This document shows positions 1 to 13,671 of a DNA stretch of 64,000 nt, one piece after another; position 1 is the stretch's first letter; each line of letters starts with the position of its first letter. Origin of the DNA: Eledone cirrhosa. Lineage: Eukaryota. The stretch spans positions 6,200,001 to 6,264,000 of the forward strand of contig OZ024751.1 in assembly GCA_964016885.1 (NCBI GenBank), written 5' to 3'. The position numbers and the translations under genes were made by a program. Under the pieces are notes generated by a model that was given only the letters and a program-made list of their open reading frames with translations, was not told the origin of the DNA and searched no databases.

Positions 1-1290
1 TATTTGGGCGTTCTGGAGAGGCTGATGACATCAAGAAAAAAAAAATGGAGGAATTGATAAGAACTGAATACCTTCGGAGAGTAAGGAGCGTATTAAAGTC
101 ACATCTAAACAGTAGGAATGCTATAAGTGCAGTAAATTCCCGAGCTGTGTCTATTATTAGGTACAGTGCGGGAATTCTGAGATGGAATGTTGCTGAACAA
201 AAACAAATGGATAGGAAGACTAGGAAGCTATTGACTATCTACAACATGCTCCACAAGAGGAGTGATGTCGATAGACTCTACTTAAGGAGATCTGAAGGTG
301 GAAGAGGTATTATCAGCATAGAGGACTGTGTTCAGATGGAGAAAAACAACCTACACAAATACGTGACTGATAGTAAGGAGCCAATGCTCAGAACTGTACT
401 GAAGGAGCGGACAATAGGACAGGGGATGTCCAAGGAGGAAATATCACCAAGGAGAAAGAGTAGCCTTCAGTAAAAATCCCTTCATAGTACCTTCTTTGAG
501 AAAACTGAATTTAGAGATCCACAGACATGGAACTGGTTGAAAAGAGGAGACCTTAAAAAGGCTACAGAAGGAATGTTAATGGCTTTGCAGGAGTAGGCCC
601 TCAAAACGAAGTGGTTGAAACACCACATATACAAGGAGGAGGCTAGCCCACTGTGCAGGATCTGTGGAGAGAGAGAGGAGACTGTGGCTCACATTGTATC
701 CGAGTGTAAACACCTAGCCCAGACTCACTATAAGGGCTGGAGATATGATGTGATGGGCAGGGTGATCCACTGGCACCTATGCAAAGTAAACAATTTACCA
801 CATTCTGAGAAGTGGTATGAGCATAAGCCAGAGGCGGTGATAGAAAACGATTAGGTGAAGGTGCTGTGGGATTTTAGGATACAGACGGACAAGAAACTGG
901 AACACAATAGACCTGACATGTTGTTTTTGCACAAGGAAAAAGATCGTGCCTGATTGTGGATGTGGCCTGCCCATTCGACACGAGATTGTAAGAAAAGGAA
1001 AGGGAGAAAATTAACCGATGCCAGGTCTTAAAGTGGGAGGTAAAAATGAATTGGAACTGCCATGAATTCAAAGTGGTCCCGATTGTCAAGTGTTGCTAGG
1101 TACTATCTCAATGAGTTTCCAGGGATGGTTAAAGAAGATTTGTCCAGCCCCACTTTTTGGAACACTCCAAAAGGAATGCTTGCTGGGATCAGCAAGAACC
1201 CTCCGATACGTCCTGAATATCTGAGGCTGCAGGTAGCAGCTTCATATTCATTTCAACAAACTTTCCAGTTAAATAACATCAATGACTGAG
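1..1290 (+). mobile_element. R4/Dong-like non-LTR retrotransposon, 3' part (RT thumb, CCHC knuckle, RLE endonuclease), decayed
   Basis: ORFs 45-473 and 615-854 give AVNSRAVSIIRYSAG, LYLRRSEGGRG and CRICGEREETVAHIVSEC. RPD and DVACPFD-like RLE motifs follow near 910-980, with stops and frameshifts. It ends in a (TAA)n tract. Confidence 0.85.
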
Positions 1291-1298
1291 ACTCAAAA

Positions 1299-1300
1299 AC

Positions 1301-1335
<35 letters not shown>

Positions 1336-1354
1336 TAATAATAATAATAATAAT
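1299..1354 (+). repeat. (TAA)n tract, tail or target of the Dong-like LINE
   Basis: aataataat run between two R4/Dong-like copies. Confidence 0.85.
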
Positions 1355-1356
1355 AT

Positions 1357-2865
1357 TGACAGCATACCACACTCGTGGGTTCTGAAATGACTGCACATCT
1401 TCAAAATCTCACCTGTGATCTCAAACTTACTGAAACACAATATGTCATTATGGAACACAAATCTCCAATTGTCTCATTACACGGGGGTACATGGCTCTAG
1501 GAATATAAACATCAACTGTGCTATATTCCAGGGTGACTCACTTTCGCCCTTGCCTTTCTGCATAGCTTTAATACCCCTTACATCCGAACTTAATAGAACA
1601 GAGTACGGTTATAGAATTGACAACGAAAAAATAAAACACCTATTTCATATGGATGATTTGAAGCTATATTGCAAAGTTAATGACGAACTGGAAGGCCTTT
1701 TGCGGACAGTAAAAACGTTTAGCGATGACATTTGGATGGAGCTTGGACTTGAGAACTTGTCAGCTGAGACTCAGTTGAATTGGGTGCTGAAACAATCATA
1801 AAGGAACTTGAGCAGGAACAAACCTATAAATACTTAAGGATTAATGAGGGCTCTGGCATACAGCATGCAGGTATGAAAGAGAGGATAAGGAAAGTATGTT
1901 ACAGGAGAGTACGTACAGTTCTGAGATCAGAACTAAACGCTCGTAACAAGGTGCTAGCCATAAATTCCTTGGCAGTCCCAGTTGTCACTTATAGCTTTGG
2001 TGTGTTGAACTGGAATATGAGTGAAATCAAAAGAATCGACACCAAAGTCCGTAAGCTACTAACCTGTAATAGGAAGCACCACCCAAAAGCAGATGAGGAT
2101 CGTCTTTACCTTCCTAGGACTCAAGGAGGCCGTGGCCTGATCCAACTTGAACTTGCTTACAATACCAACATCATTGGACTGGCCAAATACATTGAAACAA
2201 CTAACGACTACATGCTGAAACGCATGAGAGAAGTAAGAAGCTTCATTCTATCTTGAAGGAGAGCAAAAAATATGCTACTGATCTCATGCTTGATACCCAG
2301 GGTGGACAGACTAAAGAAACTGTTGCAACTGATGCTGCTAGGCACATAAAATCAGTGGCAAAAGCAAAAGTGCAGGGACAATTAGCAGCAAATTGGGAGC
2401 AGAAACCTCTTCATGGCAAATATGTGGCCCGTAGCAAACAAGCTGATGTTCACCAAAAGCACACCCATCAGTGGCTACGTAGTTCAGAGCTAAAGGCGGA
2501 GAGTGAAGGCTTCATCTTAGCTGGCCAAGATCAAATCTTATTGACTCGTAATTAGACAGGCCAATGTGATGAGAAACGGAATAAACCCAAAATGCGGATT
2601 CTGCAATGCTGAGGTTGAAACAGTGGATCACTTAGTCTCTGAATTTGACAAGCTACGAAAATATAAATATCTGCTTATTGAAATTGAGAAAATGTGGAAC
2701 CTCAAGACCGTTACAATACCAGTGATTGTGGGAGGACTGGGAATGATCAAGAAAGGAACAGAACAATATTTGCGAATGATTCCTGGTTTAACCTCTCTGC
2801 ACGAGGTGCAAAAAATTGTTTTGACTGGTACTGCACACGTGGTGAGAAGAGCACTATCTCTGTAA
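1357..2865 (+). mobile_element. R4/Dong-like non-LTR retrotransposon, 5'-truncated and internally deleted
   Basis: IFQGDSLSPL, HLFHMDDLKLY, LYLPRTQGGRG and CGFC..EVETVDHLVS motifs. At ~2640 it jumps from HLVS to EFDKL, deleting the RHD/RPD segment that is present in the 61-64 kb copy. Confidence 0.9.
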
Positions 2866-3059
2866 GTTTCATATCCCTCCTTGTATTTACATATGCATAT
2901 GCACATGTGTATATATGTATACTGTTTTTTTTATTATAATCAATAGATTTATTTCAAAATATATGCACATTCATTGATATTCACATAGATACATATATTT
3001 AACCATACACGTACACACTCACGCGCATTCACGGACAGACAGACACACACACACACACA

Positions 3060-3062
<3 letters not shown>

Positions 3063-3129
<67 letters not shown>
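3063..3129. repeat. (TA)n microsatellite
   Basis: Direct reading. Confidence 0.95.
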
Positions 3130-3131
<2 letters not shown>

Positions 3132-3255
3132 ACACACACGCACACACATATATATGTATGTTAAATATCAGAGAGAACAACATCAGATTTTTTAATTACA
3201 TTTACTCTCTGACAAATTGTTTCTGAAACCAAATAATTATATGTACATAGAGGAT

Positions 3256-3412
3256 TACTGGTACTTTATTTTATCGACCCCGTAAGGATGAAAGGCAAAG
3301 TCAAGTTCAAATCCCGCCGAGGTTGACTTTGCCTTTCATCCTTACGGGGTCGATAAAATAAAGTACCAGTAATGCACTGGGTAATTGCTGGCCTTGTGCC
3401 TAAAGTAGAAAC
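3256..3412 (+). mobile_element. 5'-truncated SINE with an inverted duplication and a 21-bp target-site duplication (TSD)
   Basis: TSD aattatatgtacatagaggat at 3235-3255 and 3413-3433. Bases 3254-3304 are the reverse complement of 3323-3373. Confidence 0.9.
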
Positions 3413-4719
3413 AATTATATGTACATAGAGGATATAATCATCGATTTTACGATCGATGTTTGTATAGTCAAAAGAAATGCTCCATACAATTCCCTCATAG
3501 GAGCCCAAACGAAAAGATTAAAACATAAACATTTAAAGGGAAATCATATCACTGAAAAATAAGGCCTACAGTAATGGCAATACTTGGATGAAATGAGTCC
3601 ACATGCTGGTGCTGTGTTTTTAAAGATGATCAGTTGAGACTTCGAGTAGCATGACGGTTTGAAAATAAATGGATGAATTTAAAAGTAACCAGAAGAGTGA
3701 ATAATAGGGAGGATATCTCGTAACAAAATGGATATAAAAAATTGGAAATGTATATATTATGGTTAATTTAAAATTATTTAGAAAGTGTGAAGGAAAGAAA
3801 TGCAGAAAAAACTGTATAAAAATTAAAAATTAATAATTTAAACGAAAAGATATACAAAATATAGTTATTTAGTATAGAATAGCAGGAGGAAGGTTTAATC
3901 AGTAAAACTTCACACTAAAAAAGAATAGATAATATAGATAGAAGTAATCCGAAGTGAATTAAAAATAATTGAAAATATTTAAACAACATTGGATTAAAAG
4001 GGGTTTAAAGATATTTAAAAGGTTTAAAGATATTTACTAAGGTGGAAAAGGAAAGAGGAAATGAGATATTTAAGAAATATCAGAAGTAAATAAAAAGAAA
4101 ATAAGATAATATGGGAAGAGATTTCAGTTAAGAAAAATAAGAAGTGTTAATAATGGGGAAGGTGAAATATTATTAATATAGTCTAATAATCTGGAGAATG
4201 GTTTACATATAAGGGGTTAAAGCAAAACTATAACAAAGATACATATAAATAGAAATAAAAAGAGAAGTCTTCCTTTTCAATAAAAATAAATAAGAGAAGG
4301 TTATATTAACAGTGAAAAGAAAAGGTAGTGAGAAGAGGAAAAACAAAAAGAAAAGAAGAGTGAGCCATTAACTAAGGATAGGATTTAAAGATAAAAATTC
4401 TAGGTTATACATTAAAACAGAAATGTAAAAAGTGGGAGTAAAAAGAAAAATAGTATTATTATAATACAGGAAAGGGTAAAGTAAAATATAAAATAAGTAA
4501 GATGTAAATTAGATAAGGAAGAAACTCATAACTAGTGATAGTGTGAGGGTAAGATGCATGGAGTGGTGGGTAAAAGATATATAGTAAAAGGGAGGGGGGG
4601 TAATCAAGTAAACTAATGGAATTTAAGTGGGATCAAATATCCTGTTAGCTAATGAGTATGCCAAACGATGATGGCAGTTAATAACATTGCGGTCATTTAT
4701 GGGGCAGGGTTTAAATAGT

Positions 4720-6205
4720 TATAAAAACCGCTTCGTATAAACATAAATCACAATGACCCTTACAGACTTTCTATGCAGATTTGGCCAAAATAGCCAAAAC
4801 TGACAAAACTAAAGAGTATTCAATATTAATGAGTTTAAGTGTATTTGTATGTCTAGCTAATCAAATAGATTTTAAATTACTATTCTTAAAGGAATTTGTG
4901 TGAGAATTTAAACTAGCTTTGAAAGTGTTAACAGTAGCTCCAATGTAAGCTTTATTGTCACTATAGGTTTTAACAGAGTAACTAAACACTACATTATTAA
5001 AGGTAATTACCATTCAGAGGGCATTTATTAGGATTTCTGCAGTTATAGTTACGGTTTTTTGTAATATATAGTATAGGCGTGGGCGCGAGACTAAAAGGCG
5101 CATCATATATCGGTGAGGAGATAAGAAAGTTAACAGGACTAAAGTTATAGTTAGAATTATTCGTATGCAGACGGATAATAGGTAGGTGTAAATCATCAGA
5201 AAGGGATGCCCCATGTCTTTTTTAATTTCTTATAGTTAGTAAAAGCAATATAATTAGTTAAGTTGGGGGGTAATAAAGAACGAAATCTTAACGTTATATG
5301 CGTTAAATAGTTTATAGTATTTGTGGTCGTTTGAGGGGGATGAATCGTTACGCAAAACAGAAGAATGTTTTAGGGAGGTTAGAAGCAACATAAAGTGAGA
5401 ATGGAGGATTAAACCATAACATATTACGAGATCTCTTACGGCCCCTAGTACTAGGATTATTAGAGGAGTTTATAGGTAAGTTTATTCTTTAAATTATTAA
5501 GAGTAGTGGTGGGTTAATTCTTAGTATTAAAGGGAGGCATCTGGTTAAGTTATCTATAAGAGCTAATTCTGAATTTATTACTAGTGGTTGGTAGCAAGCC
5601 TTTACAAGAGGACTGGTATTTTGTATTAGCGTTTTTAAACCTATTCCTACTAGAGACACAACTCTGTGCGATTACATTATTATTACTGAATTTGGCGATT
5701 AATGGAATGGAATGTACGTAATAAATTGTATCTTTAAGGCCTGATTTAGAAAGGTCCTCATTATAGTACCAGGCAATATCATTAAATATATTCTCATTTG
5801 CTGAGAGACTTGATATTTTGTGTGAAATGGACTTTACAACAGCTTTAAGAACATAGGCTATTAATATAAATTAAGATCCCACCGGGTTTATGATAAGGAC
5901 AGTAGAGTCCCGTATTAAGATCTAAAGTGGCATCAAGGAATTTAACTACCTTATAGTTAGGTTCAATTGTGATAGAAAGACAACAGCTTATAAAAAAATA
6001 TGCAAATGCTTTTTAAGAATCTCCATTCTACGTGTGTTAAAGTTATCTAGAGTAAATAGAGCGTCGTCTCTGTATAAACCTCATTGTAAATATGGTATAT
6101 CTCCCTTAAGCTTGTGTAAAAGGTAAATTCCTACGAGGTCAGTAACCTGAGCAGAGTCACTTGACCCCATAGTGATGTCAACGTTATTGGCCCTAGTCCA
6201 ATGAC
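4720..6205 (-). mobile_element. Penelope-like element fragment (RT C-terminal half plus GIY-YIG), decayed
   Basis: The minus strand reads DITMGSSDSAQVTDLVGIYL...LYRDDAL at 6180-6060 and NVVFSYSVKT..KAYIGATVNTFK at ~4930-5000. Confidence 0.85.
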
Positions 6206-6327
6206 AGACATTAAACTCGATTATCGTATGTTCGTGGACGGGCGAAGGGTTCAATAACTCCCGCTTTGTCCGTTCCCTTTCGATTCAATTTGGATTGCCT
6301 CGGGTACGTAGCCTCATTTTGTAAGAA

Positions 6328-6402
6328 GCTATCTGATGATTTCACGGAACTGGGTACACGGAATCGTGTGGCCACTGTCGTCATTAAAATATGTATCACA
6401 GC
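6328..6402 (+). ncRNA. Type I hammerhead ribozyme motif (GAAA mutated)
   Basis: gctat-CTGATGA-...-aaaa-tatgta-tc-acagc. It is a homolog of the minus-strand copy at 44304-44377. Confidence 0.6.
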
Positions 6403-7562
6403 ATTATCATTAAAGGACTTTCACACCTGAAACTACTTCGCATTTTCTTATTCTAAATATACTCTGCCACTCCTATTTGGAAAAATTACGTGTGTTTGAA
6501 TTGAATTACGTCAATGTTTACCGTAAGTATATATATATATATATATATATAAAGAATAAAGATTAACTGAGATTTTAATTAAATCATTTAATTAATTGTT
6601 TCATGAGCTTTCATTAGACTAACTAGAATATTCCATTCCTAATAGAATAAGCCCATCTGACCCGATTAAATACAAATAATATATTCCTTACATGCCTATG
6701 AATTCCAGTGGAATTGATACTCTTGAGACCCTGCTTCTATATATTAATTCATAAACACACGTATTCATACACATGTAAGTGTTTGCATGCGTGCGTCTGA
6801 GAGTGTGTGCTTTCTTATATACATGTACATATTCGTAATTTGTTGTGGGTTAAGGAAGATGATTGTGAGATGTATAGATGTAAGACCTATAAAAACAATA
6901 AAAATGGAATAAGTATTATATATTTGTATATATGTTAGAAGAGATTCATAAGGTGATATGCAAAATAGGTTCCACATGTAATCAGGCAAAGATATATAGA
7001 AAAGAAAATCCATATGACACGCGAATTAGATGCTGCACACTAAAATTACATATCCATGGGTCTAGTTATGATTTCCCTAACTGAAATCTTTATAAATTTA
7101 GAATAGTGAAATTAGTAAGGTGGTGATGTGGATATTTAAAGCATTGTTGCATGATTTAGATATCCGGAATGATATATGACGTCTTCTGTGCATATTCTTT
7201 CCTCATTGTTGTTGATAGCTACAAGCTAATGTTACATACATTGACACTTTTTATTGAAAACATTTCCATTAGAATTAAATTTCATGACAACACTTCAGAT
7301 TTAGATTATTTTGTCTCGTTAACACGTAACCGTTAGCTAAATGATCCTAATATTTTTTTCTGACAATGATTGCTTTACAAATGATTCACTCTTTATAAAA
7401 AAAGATAAAACATAAAAAATAGGAAAAAATATTTCGCATTACCGATAATTGAGTAGTTAATTACTAACTAACATCTTAATATTCTGAATTGCAGTTGGTA
7501 TCAGAGTTCTATTTTCCTCAAAGTGAGAGTAATATATATTGTTGCTGCTGAATATGTATGTG

Positions 7563-7948
7563 TGGCAATGTAGATATCCCGGGACATAACCTAATACAGT
7601 GCCGTGTCTATAACTGAGTATGGTAATGTAGATATCCCGGGACATAACCTTATACAGTGCCATGTCAATAACTCTGTGGTAATGTAGATATCCCGGGATA
7701 TAACCTTATACAGTGCCGTGTCAATAACTGTGTGGTAATGTAGATAACCCGGGACGTAACCTAATACGGTGCCGTATCAATAACTGTGAGGTAATGTAGA
7801 TATCCCGGGACATAACCTAAAACAGTACCGTGTCTATAACTGTCTGGTAATGTAGACATCCCGGGACGTAACCTAAAACAGTGCTGTGTCTATAACTGTG
7901 TGGTAATGTAGATATCCCGGGACATAACCTAATACAGTGCCGTGTCAA
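7563..7948. repeat. 56-bp minisatellite, about 7 copies
   Basis: Unit tggtaatgtagatatcccgggacataacctaatacagtgccgtgtctataactgtg starts at 7563, 7621, 7677, 7733, 7789, 7845 and 7901. Confidence 0.95.
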
Positions 7949-8040
7949 GTACAGTGAACAGTGATTTAGATCAATAACCGAGAGGATGATCATTAGATTT
8001 CCTATTCTTCATAAGTGTATTAGAAAATAAACAGGGTTAA

Positions 8041-8130
8041 GAATTCGTAGAAAAATGAGAAAACTCAACGGTAGAGAAGCTGTTTTAACAGCTGCTCTAC
8101 CGTTGAGTTTTCTCACTTTTCTATGAATTC
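8041..8130. repeat. ~90-bp near-perfect palindrome
   Basis: gaattcgtagaaaaatgagaaaactcaacggtagag...ctctaccgttgagttttctcacttttctatgaattc. Confidence 0.9.
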
Positions 8131-8567
8131 TAATATACTCGAACTTCGACTCGACCAGAGACATCAATGTTTATTCATTTAATATAAAGTTTAATTGGAT
8201 TCATTTATCAATGTGTATCAATTATATTAATAATGGCTAGGGTTTTGCAATTACGATCGTAAAATCGTGCCTTCGATTTCCAGCGAGGCTGATGGGTATA
8301 TTCTTGAGCATGACAGTTTATTTTACTTTGCTCCAGTCCTGACAGCTGCAAAATATATTAACAGTACGATGGATTCTGCCCTGCCCTGTGATGCCATAAA
8401 TCGAAGGCTCTATCAGTCTCCTTCTTGTTTGCGATAATATTGGTAGCATTGCGAGCAGACAGGAGATAATTTCATGTATGGCTAACAGCTGCTTTTCCAC
8501 GAAATACCCATTCTAAATATTTACCTTGTGTACATGATACAGTGGACTATACCATGTACACAGATCA

Positions 8568-8677
8568 GTATTCTGATGATTTGGTCAGTTATCGACTGCA
8601 ATTAAAGTCGAGTGTCGTGATTTCTAACGATCAGCGACTTTTAGACACACCGGACTAATGAAGCAATTGTTAATACT
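8568..8677 (+). ncRNA. Hammerhead motif with a long stem II insertion
   Basis: gtatt-CTGATGA-tttggtc...ggactaat-GAAG-caattg-tt-aatac. Stem I pairs perfectly. Related to the motifs at 10371-10457 and 12732-12836. Confidence 0.65.
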
Positions 8678-8873
8678 TTAAATAAACCCTATTGTACAGT
8701 CGACCACGTTTTTCTTCATTCTTTTACTATTATTACTCTAAGAACCGCCTGCCAGGAAACTTTATTAAACCGGCCACTCGACTAAGGAAACCTTTTGTTG
8801 GGTCAAACACTATTCTCGATACAGAGTATTCATAACCTCTACTTGGATTACATTAAAAAATATCTTGTCATCT

Positions 8874-8904
<31 letters not shown>

Positions 8905-10084
8905 GAATGTCAAATCTAAGTAATAAGGATATTTGTTGTATTCAAAAATAGTCTACTCTGTTTCTAAATATATCGTTTAACACTAGCCAGACAGCCTGGC
9001 GCCAGTTCACTTTCCTTGTAAAATGTTTCGCTGACTTGGTTATAACACTCCATAATTTGATTGTTAAAATTTTATTTGGCTTCATAGAATCAATGATTGA
9101 ACAGAATACGAGCAGTGACAATTAGAATTACTAAATGAGGAATCTCAAAGAAAGGACTTTGGAAATAAATGTTGATGTTTATTAGACATTTTACTACTCT
9201 TGGGAACAATGATTACTTCATACGATCTGGGAAACGATGTTCACTTTTTTATGTATCATAAAACTGTTTATTTATTGTTTTCTTATATGTGGAAATACAG
9301 CCGATGTGAATCAGCAAGACATATCAAAATATTTACATTTAATCGATCTACCAGGTACACAATAATAATTGAATTATTTTAAGTGCATTTTGTTGCTTCT
9401 GTTTTTCGTTTGTGCACTTAGTTTTTCTGTTTTCTTAAAATCGATTACCTTCAAAGTACTTGTAGATGTGAAAAACATTATTATTATATTATTTCCACAA
9501 ATTAGTATACATTTTCAGGCTCCCTCTTATTAAAAAAATTCTTAAAATGTGATTGTCTTAGAATAAGTACAACATTGAAAACAGTCTGCAGTTTGACAAT
9601 ACTAAAATTATATTCCCAGTGGTGCAGTGCATATAGTGTACAGTCCATAGGGAAATTCTGGAATCAACAATAAGTTTTAGAAGATTATTTGAAATCCATA
9701 ATCTCATATATAAATGTTTGAGAATTACTCCCTACATTTCATCTGCCTCGAGAATGTGTGTGCAGTTTTGTCAGTAGATCAAGCCTACCAAATACTTTGC
9801 AAAAGTATCGAGCGCTCCACGACGAAACATTGTTACTATTCTTTGGAATTTATTGTCGAAACGGCAAAAGATCAGCCGTCGTCTACAATAGTTTTACCCT
9901 ATTATCCCAAGTATCGAGTACTCTGCTGTATGATAGCCTGACTAGTTTAAACTGGTTAATACTGATATATAATATATATAGAAATGTGTATACACAAATA
10001 CATACATATATATTCACATTTATACACACGCACACACACACACATATATATATATAATATATAGACGTACACACATGCAGACAC

Positions 10085-10160
<76 letters not shown>

Positions 10161-10370
10161 GATAACATGTTATCATTATAGGTAATCCAGTTAGAGGTTG
10201 TGAGTACTCTGCGTCGTGGATAGTTTTAACATACGGCGTTGTTTGACTCAACAAGAGGTTTCCATCGTTAGGTAGCAGTTCGCGAAAATTCCTATGCAGG
10301 TTATTCTTGGAGTAATAATAGTGAAAGATTGAAGAATAACATGGTCGGCTGTACAAAAGGTGTTATTTCT

Positions 10371-10457
10371 AGTATTAACAATTGTTTCGTTGATCAGTGA
10401 GTTACGTCACTCGACCTTAAATACAGTGTTTACCTCTGACCAAATCATCGGAATATT
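10371..10457 (-). ncRNA. Hammerhead motif (CCGAUGA core variant)
   Basis: Reverse complement reads aatatt-CCGATGA-tttggtcag...ctgatcaac-GAAA-caattg-tt-aatact. Confidence 0.7.
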
Positions 10458-12436
10458 GGAGGTTTTACATATGGCATTGGTATTTATAGAAACAACGGAG
10501 AATCAAAACAATAACCTCAATAATAAAAGATAATAATAAAGAAGTAAAGTGTCAAGATGATAAAAAAATAATAAGTACAGAATACGATTGCTGATAGTAG
10601 TGGTGGTGGTGGTGGTGGTGGTGATTAAAGTTACAGTGGTGAGCAAGTGTATGTGTAAAGACCTGGTGAGGGTAGAGATAATACAAGCATGAAACGAAAC
10701 GTTAGATACATACATACGTAGTGGTCAAATCTCAGAGGGTTAGAGTAGATAATAAAAAATATTAACAAAAGACAGATAAAAGATAATAAATTAAAAATTA
10801 AGTGAGAGGGAAAGAGATACAGGACAGGAGACAGAGAGCGAGGTTGGCGATACGATGATACGTGTAGTTGATTTAATGACCAGTTGGTCAGTTGACAGCT
10901 AATTACAGTGGGGTGGTATGTAGTCAGTACATTAAAATCCGGGTGGTTCTGTTTGAATTCTGGGATTGCTGGACCGAATCATGTTGGTTTGAAATTTGCG
11001 AACTTGGTAGCTGCTTTGTGCCTACAGAAAGTCGATCGTTCTATTTTACTGTTAAGCACCATTTTATCATACTTCAACATTTGGAACAGTTCGATATTGC
11101 AAAGTCCGCAGTGGGACATTCCATTGTTTTAGGCCCTTGCTCCCGATAATTTCTAGCAGCTAATCCCATATTCCTGGTTTCTGTCCTTAAGCTGGCAGAT
11201 TTTATTGGCCAGCGTTGTTGAGTTCTCTAGTCTACGATTCTTCATAGAGTGTCTGGGGATGTTACCATCTTTTTTTTAATTCCCCAGCCGTAGAATCTAT
11301 GTAGTGCCATGCTAAGTTACCCGAATTGATAGTACACAGGTACACTATACTTGATTCCAGGCATCTATTTTGTAGTGGGCACTTATCCGGCAGGTGGCAG
11401 TTACAGTTGGAGGCCTTCCTGTGTGCAGGTTCCCCGTTGCGGTTTTGTATGTTGTTATGGATGGGCTGAAACTTAGGCTTATTGATGTTTTGTTGTGATG
11501 CGCTCTAACGTGTGTGTGGTTGTGATGTTGTTATGTGTTCGCGTTTTGTATTTGGTGTTATAGTGTATTTATAGGTTATTTTCCTTAGAGAGTCTTTTAT
11601 AGTTGATTTTATGTATGTGTGATTCTATCTTGACTGCAGTAGAGTAAGAGAGTTTGATAGTCTTTCTGTTAAAGATTCTATTGTATTTGTGTTGTTTAGG
11701 GAAGTATTCGTCAATTAGCTTAAAGAATGTAGAAGGTAGTTTGGTTTTTATAGAGGAGTTTTTATTGGATTGAACCATAAGTATTTCCTATCTCTGGATT
11801 TTCTATAGTTCCTAGGGGTCCCTATATTAGTATTCGGTTCGGTTATTTCTGGTGCTTGTTGTCTATTTCTATGTTTAGTTCTAAATTAGTTATTTCTATA
11901 GGTGTGGGTAGTGTAGTTGTCGTTAGGTTTGTTGTTGCTGTCTCTATCTGGTATGTATGAGCCACTCCTTATGGCCTGCCTTATGTAAAGCTATGTTAAA
12001 GTAGTTTGCGTGTTCGTTAAACATCTCTAGGTTAGAAGATAGGCGGGATATTCTGAGGGATATACTATGTGCTATGGAGTTAAATATGGAGCAAGGTGGT
12101 TTGAGTTATAACTAATGTAGGCTAGATTCTCGTTATTTTCTATTAGTCCTGTGTTTAGGTTGAGTGTTACATCTAAGAAGTTTGCTTTTTTAGAGTTAAG
12201 TTCGAAAGTGATGCCTAGGCCTAGTTTGTTGAAGAAGACTCTGATGTTTTTCCTTAATCTTTCAATGTTTTGATTATTTAAGTTTTTAGCTAAAAGGAGT
12301 GTGTCGTCTCTATAAATTCCTCCTTGGAGGTTATTAAATTCCTTATGTAAGTTATGCGCTATATATATTCCAACTATTTCTGTTACCTGTGCTGAGTCAC
12401 TAGATCCCATTGTGATATTGAAGCTATTCTGCCCGT

Positions 12437-12596
12437 TAGAGAATCGGACGCCATGCTTTGACGCATAGAGTTACGGCCCTTGCCATTCTGAGTTCAAATC
12501 CTGCCGAGGTTAACTTTGCCTTTCATCCTTACGGGGGTCGATAAAGTAATGCACTGGGATAAATGCTGGCCTTGTGCCAAAAGTAGAAACAATTAT
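12437..12596 (+). mobile_element. tRNA-derived SINE (dominant family)
   Basis: B-box gagttcaaatcc, conserved gcctttcatccttacgggggtcgataaa core and ...gtagaaacaattat tail. Confidence 0.9.
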
Positions 12597-12887
12597 CTCT
12601 TTTACTTATTTTTTACATTTTTGTCATCTTCACTAACTTCTTTACTTCTTTATTATTATCTTTTATTATTGATGTTATGGCTTTGATTCTCCGTTGTATC
12701 AATAAATACCAATGCCATATGTAAAACCTTCAATATTCCGATGATTTGATCAGAGCTAAACGCTGTATTTAAGGTCGAGTGACGCAACTTCGAGTGATTA
12801 GCAGCCTTTAGACTCACCTGGTCAATTGTTAATACTAGAAATAAAAACTTTTTGTACAGCCGAACATGTTATTCTTCAATCTTTCAC

Positions 12888-13081
<194 letters not shown>

Positions 13082-13483
13082 TTAATGCTTAGCATTTAAC
13101 TACTGATTAAATCTTTAAGTGATTTGCATTTTCAATATTTCTTCTACCCTTCCTGTCTGTGCATCTCTCATTCACTTGAAATCTGCCTTTCATAAATAAA
13201 CAACCCTTCAAACATATTTGATTGAGCCCCATCTAAGCTCTGATTAATCTGACCTATTATAAAATGTGACGAATATGATCTTATCTCAAGTTTCCTTCAT
13301 TTATCTTGGTCTTAATATTACTGTGTTCATTTTAAAAGTGTAAGGTACTGATGGGGGATAAGCATGATTCTATATCTAGCACATACGGAAGGTCAACCAG
13401 AGACTCTTGTTGGCTGGTCACAAAAACAACTGTAATGCCATATTCGTATAATAAGAGAAATTAGGGAATTCATAGTAACTGAA

Positions 13484-13671
13484 ATAATTGTTTCTACATT
13501 TGTCACAACACCAGCAATTATTCCAGTACATTACTGGTACTTTATTTTATCGACCTCGTAAGGATGAAAGGCAAAGTTAACCTCGACGGGATTTGCACTC
13601 AGACCATAAAGGGACGTAACTCTATGCTGCAAAGCAGGTGCCAGACCCTCTATCGATACTGCCAATCCACC
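13484..13671 (-). mobile_element. tRNA-derived SINE, full length
   Basis: Reverse complement of the family consensus (ggtggattggcagtatcg...gtagaaacaattat). Confidence 0.9.

Noticed and set aside
7563-7948. CRISPR-like array
   Set aside because: The whole unit repeats with no unique spacers, there are no cas genes and the context is eukaryotic.
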